A stretch of DNA of 64,000 nucleotides from Callorhinchus milii (lineage: Eukaryota). The stretch is from NCBI RefSeq assembly GCF_018977255.1, contig NW_024704742.1, positions 5,086,001-5,150,000 on the forward strand, written 5' to 3'. Positions 13,028 through 26,014 of the stretch are shown in pieces; positions within the stretch are counted from its first letter, which is position 1, and each line of letters begins with the position of its first letter. The notes beneath the pieces are model-generated. The model saw nothing but the letters and a program-made list of their open reading frames with translations. It was not told the DNA's origin and made no database searches. The position numbers were made by a program, and so were the translations under genes.

Positions 13028-14258
13028 AAACTATACTCACAGTGAAGATTCAAAGTAAACAATACAAACAATACCACCACTACATGCTCAATCACAGCGG
13101 CAATCTGGAGCTTCCATCAACTTGCTCCTGTTCATTGGTTCAATCCCAAACCACTTTAGCTTTGCGGGAGGAATTCCTTTAAGTTCTTGAAATGACTTGC
13201 AGAAAAACGGCTTCAGTACTCAGACTGTATTTCGGAATTTGCCAAATTTTGAATGCTCTGAAATATCGAAACAATAGAGCAAATCTCGACCCAGACTGAG
13301 TTTCTCCCCCATTTTCGTACCCTTCTCTTTACGTGCAAAGCTTCAACTCTCATATGTACGTACAAATTCTATTCACTGTCACAACTTGCATACATATAGC
13401 CCCCTCCACACCGGCACCATATAAATTACTTACACGCTACGCAGTGAGACGTGACTGTAAAGGGAAATGCCATTAAAGGCCCACATCGGCAAGGTTACGC
13501 CTAACACTGAACAAAATTGTGATACATGATCCATCTGGGCTCAGCATTTTTAATTCCTGTGGGTAGATTGAGTGGAGCTAGCCAAACTTTTGCACTATAT
13601 GTAGATCAGCAAAAAGGGACCCTGTGCAAGTTCACACACAGAAACAATCTAACCCACAGTTGGATCTAAAACGTGATACAACAGGAGCTGCAAATAGCTG
13701 GAAGGGTCTCTTCTCACCCCGATCCATGAGGGCTCCAATGCAATCTAGTTCTGGAATGATGTTCCAGAACACATACCATTCCCAATCAGCGTGATACACT
13801 CAGATTCATGGGCCAACTACACTGTTTGCATCTCCATATTCCAAGTAGTATGCGTGAGTTCCTAATATGCCACACTGAAAGGTGATGTGGCAGTCAGAAC
13901 TGGAGGAGCCAGAGAATTAGCCAAGGGATTGGAGGAAGGAGGCTGAGATTCAAGTATGTTTCCAGGATAGACTAAGGCATGTTTAAATGGTGCCTGTGTG
14001 AAATGCACCAAGTTGGGTCTTGTTTACTGTGACCCAGGTACACAGTCAACGACAGGCCACCAGAAACTGTACTCACAGCGAAGATCTGAAGAAGATGGGA
14101 AACTGCAAACAGTACAATCTCTGCGTGTTTAATCACAGCTGCAATCCAGAGCTTCCATCAACCTGCTCCTGCTCATTGGAACACTCCCAAACCACTTTTA
14201 ACTTTCCGAAAGAAATTCCTTTAAGCTCTTCAAATAACTTACAGAAAAATAGCTTCAG
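13028..14258. repeat. Diverged direct duplication: copy 1 at 13028-13216, copy 2 at 14064-14258
   Basis: The 128-bp cores differ by about 19 substitutions and 1 indel (hand count). Confidence 0.9.
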
Positions 14259-15448
14259 AATTACAAAAAAAAAAGCACTTTCACGTCAAGTGGATATTTG
14301 AAAGTGTTCCGAGAGAATGGGGGGGGGGGGCAGAATGGCTAAAAGCTGTGACAGGCTAACAGCAAAGAGCAAATTATCGCTTAAGCTGATGTGAAGTGTC
14401 TCCTCTGGTTGTGTCCATGCCTGACAGACATCCAGCTTCTCACGCACCACTAAACAGCAGATTTTTTGCACAAGGGTTGTTGAGTTGTTCCATTTTGCAG
14501 AAGTATTTACTAATGCGCCTCTTCCAACGCCTAACAATGCTTTTTCAATGAACGCAGGCATCTAGAATCACAGCGTCCTCGTCTGTACATTTCCTTTCAT
14601 ATCGGTAATTCCAGACATCTGCGTGCACACTGTGCATTGGATGGCTTGTGAATGAGCAGAGCTAAGGAGAGACGCTTTCTTTCTCTCACTATCCCCTACC
14701 TTCCCCTCCCAACCCCCTCCACCGCCCTCACTCCCCACCGCTCAGAAAAGAAAATGCTTTTTTGTTTCTCCGAGGGTGAAATCCAACTAATGCGTTGTAC
14801 CTACTATCTCAGTCACAGCTGGTAGTGTCAACTGAATAACTTCATTCCAATTCCCAGCTGGCTCGACAGAATGTGGCTTGAGCGGCTCTTCGGTTCTCGG
14901 CTGGTAGAGCAAACCATGCCGATTTACACGTTTACTACAATACCCTAAGTGTAGTTGTTGAAAGCCGGCTGTAGAGCAGATGCTAAAACAGCTGAACAGC
15001 GAAGATCCTGATGCGGGAGGTAAAATGCCAGAAGACCGGGTCAGTCTATTTCACATTCTGATTCCCGTTGTGTACTGAGAGATCAGCTCCCGGCAGAAAC
15101 CCTATTGTCCTCAGTGCGAAGTTGCTTTTCTCTCCTCAGGCACCAATAATTAAAATACACAAGAGCAGCGATTTTTGTCGCAGGATGATGCAGATAAAAA
15201 AGATCTGAAGCCGGACTTTTCTCCTCCCGACACATTTCACGGAGTGTTCACCTGCAGTATCAGCAATACTGCCTTTTTCCTCTTTGATTTTGTGTACTGT
15301 GTTGCGAGTGGGATTTTTTTTTTAAATGACTGTTTTAAAAAATTACCACGAAAACAAGCAACAGCAAACGATTGCTCAGTAACCTGAATAACTGTTGCCT
15401 TTTTATCATACTTTGAACCGTATAAGTCCGTGGGATTTTTTTGTGTGG

Positions 15449-15473
15449 CACACACACACACACACACACACAC
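15449..15473. repeat. (CA)n microsatellite
   Basis: Perfect CA run. Confidence 0.95.
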
Positions 15474-15944
15474 TCGCGCGCGCAATGGACGACGACAGGA
15501 CTGCCCCCCAAAAAGAACAAATAATCCAACACTACACTTCTCAATTAATTTTTTACCTTAAGAGTTGACTAATTCCTTCTTGAATTTGCGAACACAACCT
15601 GCCTCCATCGGCTCCCCATTCCACACATTCACCACTGTCTTGTGCAATGCAATGAAATCTGAACTGTCTGCTCACCTTGCCTATTGTGAGCTCGAGTCTG
15701 TGTCCCCCGGCTTCTGTATTTCCGGACATAGAATCACAGAAATTTATGGCTCAGAAGGAGACCATTTGGCCCGGCAATGGGCCGACGCAAGGGTTATTAT
15801 TATAAAGTCTGCACCGGTTCTCAGAGCAAGCTGTTCATTCGGTGTCACTGCTTTTCTGCAGTCCTGCGAGGAGTCAACTGAGCTGCTCGATAAATTGCAT
15901 TCACGAGTCCAGTGCTGAGCTGGAAAGCAAGCTGCAATATTTAC

Positions 15945-16151
15945 CTGCAAAGTTGGGCACTGTAACTTTATTCCACTCCCATGGTTGGTCGTATTCCTCC
16001 GCAGGTCTGTCGTCGTTTTGCGGTAACCTGCTTTCCCGTAGCGGATGATTGGTAACGCTCTCTGTGTCAGAGTCAACACCGTTCACTTCAGGTTCATAAG
16101 GTGTGTCATACAGTTGGATTCCTTTCTTCTGGCTCTCTTGCCTGTGTATCT
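15945..16151 (-). CDS. SHB: SHB internal coding exon (probable exon 3), 207 nt
   Basis: Acceptor tttctcttttcacag|AG and donor GCAG|gtaaat; phase 1 to 1. Encodes (E)IHRQESQKKGIQLYDTPYEPEVNGVDSDTESVTNHPLRESRLPQNDDRPAEEYDQPWEWNKVTVPNFA. Lies inside ORF 15901..16188. Confidence 0.96.
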
Positions 16152-16599
16152 CTGTGAAAAGAGAAACATACTTGTTAACGTCGTGCAAAAGAGACAGACG
16201 GACAAAATTTTAAGATAGATCTGTGCGACCAGCATGTTTTGGGATGAAGTAGACGTGGACCAGTTCACCAGGCAGGAACTACAGCAATAACAGAAACACG
16301 GACAAGGAGAAAGAAAAGTTATTAAACCTCATTCGCACAAAAAGAAAATGTCCTCCCTCAAATGTATTTTACTCCCCTCGCTTCTCCACTCCTGACATAG
16401 TTGGACGATGGGGTTCAATTTAAGCCGGCGACAAATGACTGTCGAGCATGTCTTCACTTGATGTCCACCCACGGGTTCATTTTTCCAGCAAGAGCCAATA
16501 TGATAATGATCACTAGCTTGTTTTTCCACGCCTAGAACAGTGAGACCAACTCAGCACAAATGGCAATAAACCCTTGGGTCGGCCTGGTCTGTGTAGCTT

Positions 16600-17070
16600 T
16601 TCTTTTATGCCTATTTTGCCTCTTCTACACTCTTCCTCCACTGAAGGCAGAGATTCTTCCTAAGGTACGTATTTGCATTACGGTTGTTGAGTCATACAGT
16701 GACACATCACCCAAATGATCATCCTTTACGTGTGAGCCAAGGCACTGAGTGTTGGCAAGCTATTCCGACTGTGAGGAGCATCCCACACAAGCTCAAACCT
16801 GTCCACTTCTGATGTTTCACCCACAAATTATACAGTCAATGCACTTTACGGTATATTCTGTGAAGCTCTTTGAGACATCTCGAAGATGTGATAAGGTGCC
16901 TATATCAAAAGCAAGGATTATTATTATTATATACGTTCACACATACATTTCCAGCCAATTTCCATTTCTTAGCCCAGAGACACGATAGTTGATTGTAGCT
17001 CCTCAACTACAATCGAATAATGAAGACTGGGATGGATTCAAACCATCTGCTCCGTTTGATTCAGTAGTCT
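16600..17070 (-). mobile_element. Ancient SINE, AmnSINE2-like (name from recall), interrupted by a young SINE
   Basis: gtgtgagcc...gagtgttggcaagctatt...cctgtcc...tagcccagagacac. Related pieces at about 9020-9100, 9960-10055, 51650-51830 and 57510-57665. Confidence 0.5.
16812..16930 (+). mobile_element. Young SINE 3' fragment inserted into an older SINE
   Basis: Family tail with (ATT)n; the older element continues on both sides. Confidence 0.85.
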
Positions 17071-17164
17071 TACGTGTAAGAGAGGGAGTGCCCTTAACCT
17101 AGAGGGCCATGAAAATTATGGTTCAGTGCCACCATTGGAGGTCGCGCACTCAGTTACTACACCT

Positions 17165-17375
17165 CGAAACGTGGAACACTCCCTCAATCCCTCCGCCTTG
17201 CCTCCTTTCTCCCCTTTATCAAGTCCTGCCTGAAAACCTTCCTCTTTGACTGTGCTTACGGTCACCTCTTCTCCCCCCACCCCCCACCAGTTCGGAGTCA
17301 GGCTCTACCACTGTTAAGTGCTCTGAGACACTACCTTGCTTGTGGGCGCTATATAAGTGCAAGTTGTTGCTGTTG
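17165..17375 (+). mobile_element. L2-clade LINE 3' fragment
   Basis: Tail gtgctctgagacactaccttgcttgtgggcgctatataagtgcaagttgttg. Confidence 0.78.
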
Positions 17376-17458
17376 AACTTGTCAACTAATCCATCCGGGA
17401 GGTCTGTGGACTGCAAAAATATATTAATGTGGCATTGTAACACAAATTATATAGGTGA

Positions 17459-17800
17459 AATAATAATAATAACAATTCTTGCATTCGATATAGCACCTTA
17501 TCACGTCTTCGAGACGTCTCAAAGCGCTACACAGAATATACTGTAAAGTGAATTGACTGTATATTTTGTGGACGAAACGCAGCAGCCAACTGCGCACAGC
17601 AGCGTCCCCACAAACGAAGGCATTATTGCCACTGGAAAAGTGATCCGCCAATTGACTAATAACTGGGATCCTGCTTACTGTTAGGTGAACAGAGACATAT
17701 GGAGTGAGGAAACTTGCCCAATGTTTCACCCTACCGGGAATCGAACCCAGTTCCTCTCACTTGCAAGGTGAGTGCTCTAACCACTGAGCTACAGGACTCC
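17459..17800 (-). mobile_element. Young tRNA-derived SINE, near full length
   Basis: Head ...ctaaccactgagctacaggactcc, body and tail all present. Confidence 0.9.
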
Positions 17801-18289
17801 ATGTAAGCAAATAAGCAAAGGAACATTTTATACACTGTTGATAGAGATCCAACAAATCAAACAAGTGCCAACAAGAAGCAAATTCACAAGTAAGAAGTTT
17901 TAATCGACCGACATCAGAGAAGTCTTGAATAATTCACCACCAACGGACTTGTTCTGTACAAGATACATTTTTCACAACGGATGACAAAGGCAGAGGGGTT
18001 GTTCAAAGATCAGGGAGAAGTTTTTTTTTGGCACAGTCTCTTAACCAATAATAATACTTGCGTTTTATATAATGCCTAACCACATCAAAATGGCTCAGAG
18101 CAATATCTTTGCGTTGCAAACCTTTGTTGGCAAACGAGGCAGCCACACTGCACAGCAATATCCCATAAACAGCCGTGAGGTTTACAAAGATTTACAAAGA
18201 ATGTATCGTACAGAAACAGGCCACTCTGTGCAACCAGTCCGTGCCGGTGTTTATACTCCAAATGAGTTTCCACTCTTAATCCCTCCCAC

Positions 18290-18590
18290 ATCTTTTCTCT
18301 TTGACCGTGCCTTCAGCTCCCCTCTCGACTCTCTTCCCCCTCCTCACTCCCTCCCTTCCCTCCCCTCACCCTGACCATTTCCCCCCTCCTCGCTCCCTCC
18401 CTTCCCTCCCCTCACCCTGACCATTTCCCCCCAATGCTCGGGTCATGACCCAACTGTACAGCGCCTTGGGACGTCCTCCTGACGTGAAAGGCGCTTTATA
18501 AATGGAATCTTGTTGTTGTTGTTGTTGTTTCAAGCGCTTCAAGACGCTACCCCATGTGAAGGACGCTATATAAATGCAAGTTGTTGTTGT
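18290..18590 (+). mobile_element. Two stacked L2 3' ends with an internal ~45-bp tandem duplication
   Basis: Type-A tail ending (GTT)n at about 18530, immediately followed by a type-B tail ending (GTT)n at about 18590; ctccctcccttccctcccctcaccctgaccatttcccccc present twice. Confidence 0.8.
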
Positions 18591-18629
18591 TCCATTCCCC
18601 TCTCCATCACGTGAAGGTCTCGGTGAACG

Positions 18630-18875
18630 AGCAATTTATTTACCTGAGAGATTGGTGGTCAAGACACGAGGAGAAAATCTCTTCGCATTTCAGATTGTGT
18701 TACGGGATCTTTAACATCTACATAAACTGGTCCTCAGTTTAACATCTCATTCTCTGACAGTGTAGAGCTGCCACACCCCAGTGTCACCCTAGATCGTGAG
18801 TTCAACCGACCTGGGGGTGAAACCCAAAACCTTTTGACTGAGAGAAGACAGTGCTGTCAACCAAGCCAGGCTGAA
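18630..18875 (-). mobile_element. Older Deu-domain SINE fragment
   Basis: gggatctttaacatc...cagtttaacatctcat...aaccttttgactgagagaagacagtgct. Confidence 0.65.
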
Positions 18876-19039
18876 TGACCTATTAGGAATTACCTCGGCA
18901 AAAAGTACCAAAGAACCTTAGAATTTTACCGCAATTTGCAAACGTGTAGCATCTGCCATGTAGGAAAATGTCTAAATTAATTTACAAAAACAGAGTGGGA
19001 GCTTGAGCTGAGCGGTGCGTACAACGTAAGGGGTAAGTA

Positions 19040-19560
19040 GCCAAGGATCGGTTGAAGGGTTGAAAACAGAGAAGGAGGAAGTTCCAGAGAGCAGAGGCAA
19101 ATTGTCTAAAAATTCACTGTTGATGATGGAGCTGAGGATATAAAGTAGGCCAGGGTGAGCTCGTGGAAGGAGTGGACAAGGGGAGTAGAATCGCAGGACA
19201 TTGCAGAAGCACGGGTCAAGCCTCTGGAGGCATTTGAAGTTAAGGATAAGGATCTCACACAAGGTAATCCACTGGGTGATCCAAATAAGGAAGGGCTTGT
19301 GAACTTTGTGAGGACGATAGTACAGGCTTCAGAGTTCTGCATGATCCAGAGGTTATGGAAGGTAGAGGTGCGGAGGCTGGCAAAAGGAGAAGGAAGGTAT
19401 TCATAGGGACTCCAGCTGAGCTGGGTGAGGAAGTGACAGAGACGGGTGATTTTGTGCAGATGGAGAAAAAGCTTAGTCAGAGCCCGAACGAAAGGTTTAA
19501 AAGAGAGTCGAGGATTAAAAAAATGCTGAGACACCAATTGGCTAAAGTCCTGATGAGGAG
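19040..19560 (-). mobile_element. L2-clade LINE fragment, degraded
   Basis: LWIMQNSEACTIVLTK-like frame, similar to other L2 copies. Confidence 0.65.
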
Positions 19561-21619
19561 CTTCTGACTCTGAGACAGGGTTGCTACAAACTGAGCCAAT
19601 CCAACATGACACGTTAGGAATTACCTCAGCAAAAAGTGCCTGAGCTAGGCTGATAACTAACTAATGGCTATACAGATTGAGGATGAACCTTTTCCTTATA
19701 TATACTGCATTGTGCTCCTAGTTATAAAACCTAGGATTGCATTAGCGTCTTTACAGGTTTGTCAACTTACCTTCTCACCTTTTAGGATTTGTCTATCTTA
19801 ACCCTTCAGTCCCTCCGCTCTTTTGAAGGTACAACAGGACGACTTGCTGTCATTCTGTGAAAACCGTACACAGCCACTCTCTCTAGAGTTGTGCCTGCTT
19901 CCAGCGGGTGTTTTAAAACCAGTCACTGCAGATTTATCGGGTTTGTATTTCTTAACAAAAAAGAAACACACATATTGCTAATTTTCAAGGCATATCTTTC
20001 TGGCTCTGCTCCAAATCTGTCAGGACCTCATTGCCCTGCTTTGAAAGACTTAACATACCCTTTGGTGTGCACAGCCCGTCATAAAGCAATCCCCTTTGAG
20101 AGATGCGTAATGTTCCTGTGGACCTGAACAAAAAGACCACCCAGCCACATTAAATGCAAAACACAAAGGATTCTACCAGGCCCTGATATTGCTTGTAAAT
20201 CTTTCGGTATAAAATCAGAACGAAAAGTTCACTAATGCTCACAATTAACTCCTTTCTCCTCGATTAGGGGCACAGAATCACATTTAGCCACAACTCTGTA
20301 CGTCATCAGCCCTTCAGCACGCCAGTCCCACCAACCACACCTCGTTCAGAATCATGGCAATATTTTACACAGTGCAGCTTTTGCCAAAAGATGTTGAGGA
20401 AATTTATAGGTATCATTGTGTTTTCTACACACATTCCTCGGTAGTGTTGAACTCTCCACCTCCCAGAATCAGCCGCCCCACTCTTGGCACTCACTCAAAA
20501 AGCTCCACTACCTGTCAATGTAATCGCGTCAGCTGCCAATCTTCACATTAACTTCAACACTTGTATGAACTAGCATTCTGTGTGTCTCAAAGAGTGCGAT
20601 ACGTAAAAGGTAATCACTGCTTTACCGGCTTAATAACTCATTAAGCGAGTTGCGTGTTGTGATGTGCATTTTCGACGCTGGAACCAAACCAGCCTTTGCT
20701 AAAAACCCATCTTTCAGCACAACGTGAGAGACTTTAAGTGTAAGTTTCAAAGGCGTCCGAGAAAGTGGCAATCACCACGAGATCACACCACAGCTACAGT
20801 GCGGGTTGTTTGCTGAAATAAATTTAGACCTTTAAAGCCAGCCTCCTCATTGGTAACGCAGCATCACCATCGCACAGCAAGTTAGACCTTAAGACAGGCA
20901 GTACCGGAGATGCTGATGTGACGAAATCACTCGAGTGTCAATCCTAAATTAAAATGTTTCGTTGATTTACAAGAAGCACCATACAGAAGGCAGAGTATTT
21001 TGGATGTGGGTTCATGCTGAAAAATCCCTAAACAAAAAGGATTGTAGAACCTAGGGCTTATTCCAACCTGACTATTACAACTGTAACGTCCAGTGTAGTA
21101 CATTATAAATAAAACTCCTTATACAATAGGCAGAAATTTCATTACATTGTGGATTTTAGTGCAGTTCGCATTTAATGGAATTTCTTACTACAATACACTC
21201 CTCAAATACAAGGAGCAAGGTTTATACATTGACTATCGATTCAATTTTGCAGAATATTTCTCCACTGTATTCAGTCTCAAACATGATTGAAATAGCTTCT
21301 CAAATAACATCCGAAGTTAAGGATGTTGTGGGGGGTGGGGGGTGTTTCCTGGAATATCCCTTCGACCATTTTACATAAAGACCAGGATCAGAATAGCATC
21401 TAAAATATTGGGACTTACACAGTACATTTCTGTGATGAAGATGAGCCTGTATAACCTGCTGCTCACCCAATTCATAAAACACTAGGACAGCACTTGTGTT
21501 GTTGCACAATTTGCTGATGATACGAAGCTGCACGAACAATGAGAAATACAAGGGAATAAACTCCATTCAAAAAGATCGGCATCAAATAAGTAGACAGCGG
21601 AAAGCGATGCCGGATGTTA

Positions 21620-21760
21620 TGCAATTTGCAATTAGCTGCCACTTTTCACCCGCACAATATACAGTCAATTCACTTTACGGTATGTTCCGTGAAGCGCTTT
21701 GAGACGTCTCGAAGACGTGATAAGGCTCTATATCAAATGCAAGGATTATTATTACTATTA
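21620..21760 (+). mobile_element. Young SINE, 3' fragment
   Basis: Family tail ending gcaaggattattattactatta. Confidence 0.85.
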
Positions 21761-22384
21761 AACAGGCGGTTTTGTAAAGGTTCTCTATGCGACAGTGGAA
21801 AAGTGTAGTGTTTCTATGTCTGCGTTCAATGCCGATTCCTGCTCTTTACTACTGTGAGATGTGGCAGATAAAACTTGTGCTGTTGAAGTCACTCAGCTCC
21901 ACTATAAAGCTGTTACATCCACTTATTGCTGGGCAATCCTAATCAGATACCTTACTCTTCTTGTCAGTAGGATGAGCTGATAACCTACAAGCCAAAGCCC
22001 TAATGGGTAGGCTGGTGCGTGCTGGTCTGCCACGCATCAGAGATTGTGGAGAGCAGGAAACAGCGTCCAACACAGAGAATCTAGTCTTTCAGTGCCTCGA
22101 CTGAGAATGTTTACGAAACGGTTTGATTCACATAGAGATTTGTGAGATTTATAGGAAACTCACGAGACTGCAGCTCCAAAGGTTTCAGATCCCGGGGTGA
22201 AGCTTACCAGCGTTCACAAAAAGCAAACTGGGCAATACTTTCCAGGGTTAGACGGGCAAAGAGGGTCTCTCCAAAGAGGAAGGTTGTGCATTTCTGTTCC
22301 AGACGCAGGAAAATTTCTATATGTACGTGGAACTTTCAGTAATTGTTAGTAGTTTGGCTTCCTGAGCACGGTGATGGGTTTCTG

Positions 22385-22680
22385 TGTACGTCAACTCCTG
22401 GCTGACAAAAACAACAGAGGTTGAGATAGGTAAGAATGAAACCAGGCAAGGACAGAACCGTGAAGGTGGAGCTGAGAGGAGAGGTGGTCGACAAGGGTAG
22501 AATGTGCGACGGTTTCGAAGGCGGCCGAGAGATCAAGCAGGAGGAGGAGGAGGCAGAGACCCCAAGGGCGCAGATGGAGAGAATGGCACTGTGGCTTTGA
22601 CCAAGGCGGTCTCAGTACTGTGGGCAGTGCGGAAACCAGTTTGGGGGAGGTCATGCAGATAGTGCAGGGGAGCAAATGGT
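22385..22680 (-). mobile_element. L2-clade LINE reverse transcriptase fragment
   Basis: [42 protein letters not shown], an RT domain motif (LDLSAAFDTVDH type). Confidence 0.88.
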
Positions 22681-23459
22681 GAAGTTTGGTTGGCCATATT
22701 AACTATTAATTTTCACCCACAAAACATACAGTCAATTCACTTTGAGACGTCTCGAAGACGTGATAAGGAGCTATGTCAAATGCAAGGATTAGTAGCAGTA
22801 GGAGTAGTGTGGAGGAGTTTTATTAGGAAGAAAAATTTAAACAAAGAGCTTGGAATTCATTGAGGGAAGAAATCTGTCGACTCCCCGCCAGTCTGCTGGT
22901 AAGCTAACTCTTTTAACAAGCGGTGCGCTGGAGATTGCCAAGGCTACACAGGAAGTAAGATCGGTTTGCAAACCAACGGGATACATCTCGTCGCAGTCTA
23001 ACCACAAAATGCATTTCAAGGTTCAAAATGTATTCCCACATCTTCTCCGCTCCTCTCCTGAAGGCATCACTTTTTACTCCCACAGGTGCCAGTGTTTTGC
23101 CACGGCGAGTGTGTGGGTATGTATGTGTGATAGGCGCTGACAGCATCAACCTGCATGGATGCACATGTCGTGTTCAACCCCCAACATGTACTTTCAGCCC
23201 CGCATCCTCGCTCCCACCTGCTCAGCTTTCCCTCACAGATCCCAGATTACTCTGCATCCAGTTTGCTTTTGTGAAACCTATGTGCACATTTTCAAGTGAA
23301 TCAAAATTCTAATGTTACACGAGACGCACTGCCTACAAAAGCTGTCGTTACATGGTGGCAAATCAATAAATCATTTGTTCGATTCCCTGAAGATAGGTTT
23401 GACCTATAGCAACTACAATTCAATTAGTTAATCCAGGAACTAGGCACAATGTACAATAA

Positions 23460-23775
23460 AAATCCATGCATTTGATATAGCGCCTTATCACATCATTGAG
23501 ACGTCTCAAAGCGCTTCACAGAATATACCTGTACAGTGTAGTGACTGTGTTTGTGGGCGAAACGTGGCAGCCAACAACGTCCCACGAACAGCCGTGGATT
23601 GAATAAGCAAATTTTTGTTTCAGAGGGATTATTTCCCCAGAAAGCGATCCACCAATTGACTAACAAGCAGGTTCTACTTATTTCTAGGTAAACAGAGGCA
23701 CGTGGAGTAAGGAAACTTTCCTAAAGTTTTGCCCTGCCGGGAATCGAACCGAGGTCCTCTCGCTTGCTTGCGAGG
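23460..23775 (-). mobile_element. Young SINE, near full length
   Basis: Tail, body and B-box half of the head present. Confidence 0.88.
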
Positions 23776-25259
23776 GGATCTGGGTTCAACAACCACTACA
23801 ATATGTATACATCCTAATTATTACAGTGCAGTCAATTACTGGACCTGCCTTCTGCTCACAATCCATTTGGTCTCGCTTCAATGGTTCACTTAGTGTTAAT
23901 GCTAATACTTTGTAATCATGTGTTAGCCAAATAGTAAGATCAATCCTTGAACTTGATATAATGTCTTCTGTCAAAACATTTTGTCAAAGCGCTTTACGGA
24001 GTCTTCTTTTTCTGAAAAAGTGCAGTGACTGTGTTTGTAGGTAAAACCGGTGGCCAATTTGCACACGGCAATGTCGTGTGATGTCTCATATCCATAAAGT
24101 GAAACTGCCTTCTCCTTTTTAAATATTGGTTTAATGTCTTTGTCCGAAGGACGGCAGATCAGTCATTGCAACACTCCACTAGCACTGCATTGGGGGGAGG
24201 GAAACCAGCCAAGATTATGAGCACAAAAACCTACAGTCTTCTGACACAGAGGTGAAAGTGCTACTAACTGAAACAGATTGACACCTAAATTGTACCTTTA
24301 CGCTTGCACAACAATTATCCTGTCAGAAGCTGCTAAATTTAAGGTCAAAAAAGTCTGGTGACAATTTTGACTCAATGATTAACAGGGAATTTTTAAGTGC
24401 GGTACTCAGCAATTTGTTCCGCAGTCTCAGTCAAACAAAGACTGCCATATGGCTGGCTTGTAAAAGGAACAAGATTTATGTCTTTATTTCTTTTCAAACC
24501 AAACACAGACTCTTAAGTTTCCAAATTTTCCAATGATCTCAGTCTCCGGAGTATTTCAGTGCATTTATTTCAAGAGTATTCAGAGCAGTTTCGGGTTACC
24601 TGCGAAAAAAATCAATCGCTTGTTACTTGAAAATTATAGTGCGTGCACTAAAACTCCACTGTAAAGTAGGTCTAATTATGCACAGTTAGTATCGCATCTC
24701 CATGCAATTTCTCAAGCCTGTATGGGTATGGGAAGAGAATTCTCAATGTTCCCGTGGTTTTAAATATACATATTTTGAAAATAACGGCCACAGCTGGTCG
24801 TGACCCTATTTCTCTCACTGGTGCGATCTTAACCCTTCAAAATGATTGGAACAACTGGCAAAAGACACTGCTGCGACACTGGGAGTGTGTTTAAGAAGAG
24901 ACGAGGTGAAGGTTCAGACTCAGACTCTTAAATTGTTCCAGTAGACATCGCACAGTCTAGAGGACAGAAGAGTCGGAGAGAGATTTTAAAGAGAAACAAA
25001 AAAAAAACACCAGGAGAAACAAATAAGTCACGTGAAGGTAATATTTGTTTCATTTAACCTGACCACTTTCACATCACGAGGACATCTCAGAGCCCTTCAA
25101 ACGATCTCCTGGAATGTATTTTGTAGATGATCTCAGCCGCCAGTTTGTACACAGTTATGTCCTACAAACACCCATGAAATGAACCACCAACCAATTTTAT
25201 TTGGGACTTTTGGTCAGGACGCTCCTTTCTCTTTTTGACGAGCGCTGTGGGATCTTTAC

Positions 25260-25905
25260 GAAGATTTATAAAGAATGTACAGCAAGGAAACAAGCCACTG
25301 GCCCAACCAGGCCATACTTTATACTCCACATAAGTCTCTATCCATTTCTTTCATCCCTCCTACACCCTTCTATTCCCCTCTCCCTCATGTGAAGATCTAG
25401 CTTCCGCTGGAATTCAGCTACACTCTCTGAATCAACCACCATGTCAGGCAGTGAGATCCACAATCTCACTACCCTCTGTATGAAGTAGTTCCTCCTAAAT
25501 TCTCTTTCTGATCCCCTCGTATACTCTGCTAGTTCCTCCCCCAGTTATGGGCTCCCCAAAGAATGGAAAGAGCCTATTTATCAAACCTTTTTTAGAATAT
25601 TAAAAAGTCTCTTCTCTAGCGAAGAAAGGTCCAACCTGTCCAGTGTATCCTGATAGCAGTAACCTGCCAGCCTCATCCTCATAAACCTACTCTGTACTCT
25701 TTCCATCGCTGCTTTATCCTTCCTTCCTGTAGTGTGGAGGCCAAAACTGCACACAATATTCTAAATGTGGTCTAACCAAGATTTTGTATAAATTCAACAT
25801 CATCTCCTCACTTTTATATTCTATCCGTCTGAATACAAAGGTCCCATTGGCCCTTTTATAGCCTTATCCACCTGTGCAGACATTCGAGCATCTGAATCCC
25901 CAGAT
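25260..25905 (-). mobile_element. CR1-clade LINE 3' fragment
   Basis: ccaaaactgcacacaatattctaaatgtggtctaaccaag corresponds to the LVRPHLEYCVQFW motif. Confidence 0.8.
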
Positions 25906-26014
25906 ATCTTTGTTCCTCTTAGGTTTCTACGAGCTTGTTTATGTTGTCCTGCATTCTTCTGCAATCCCTTCAACGTTTACGCACCACACCCCTCCACCCC
26001 ACCCAGTTTGGTGT

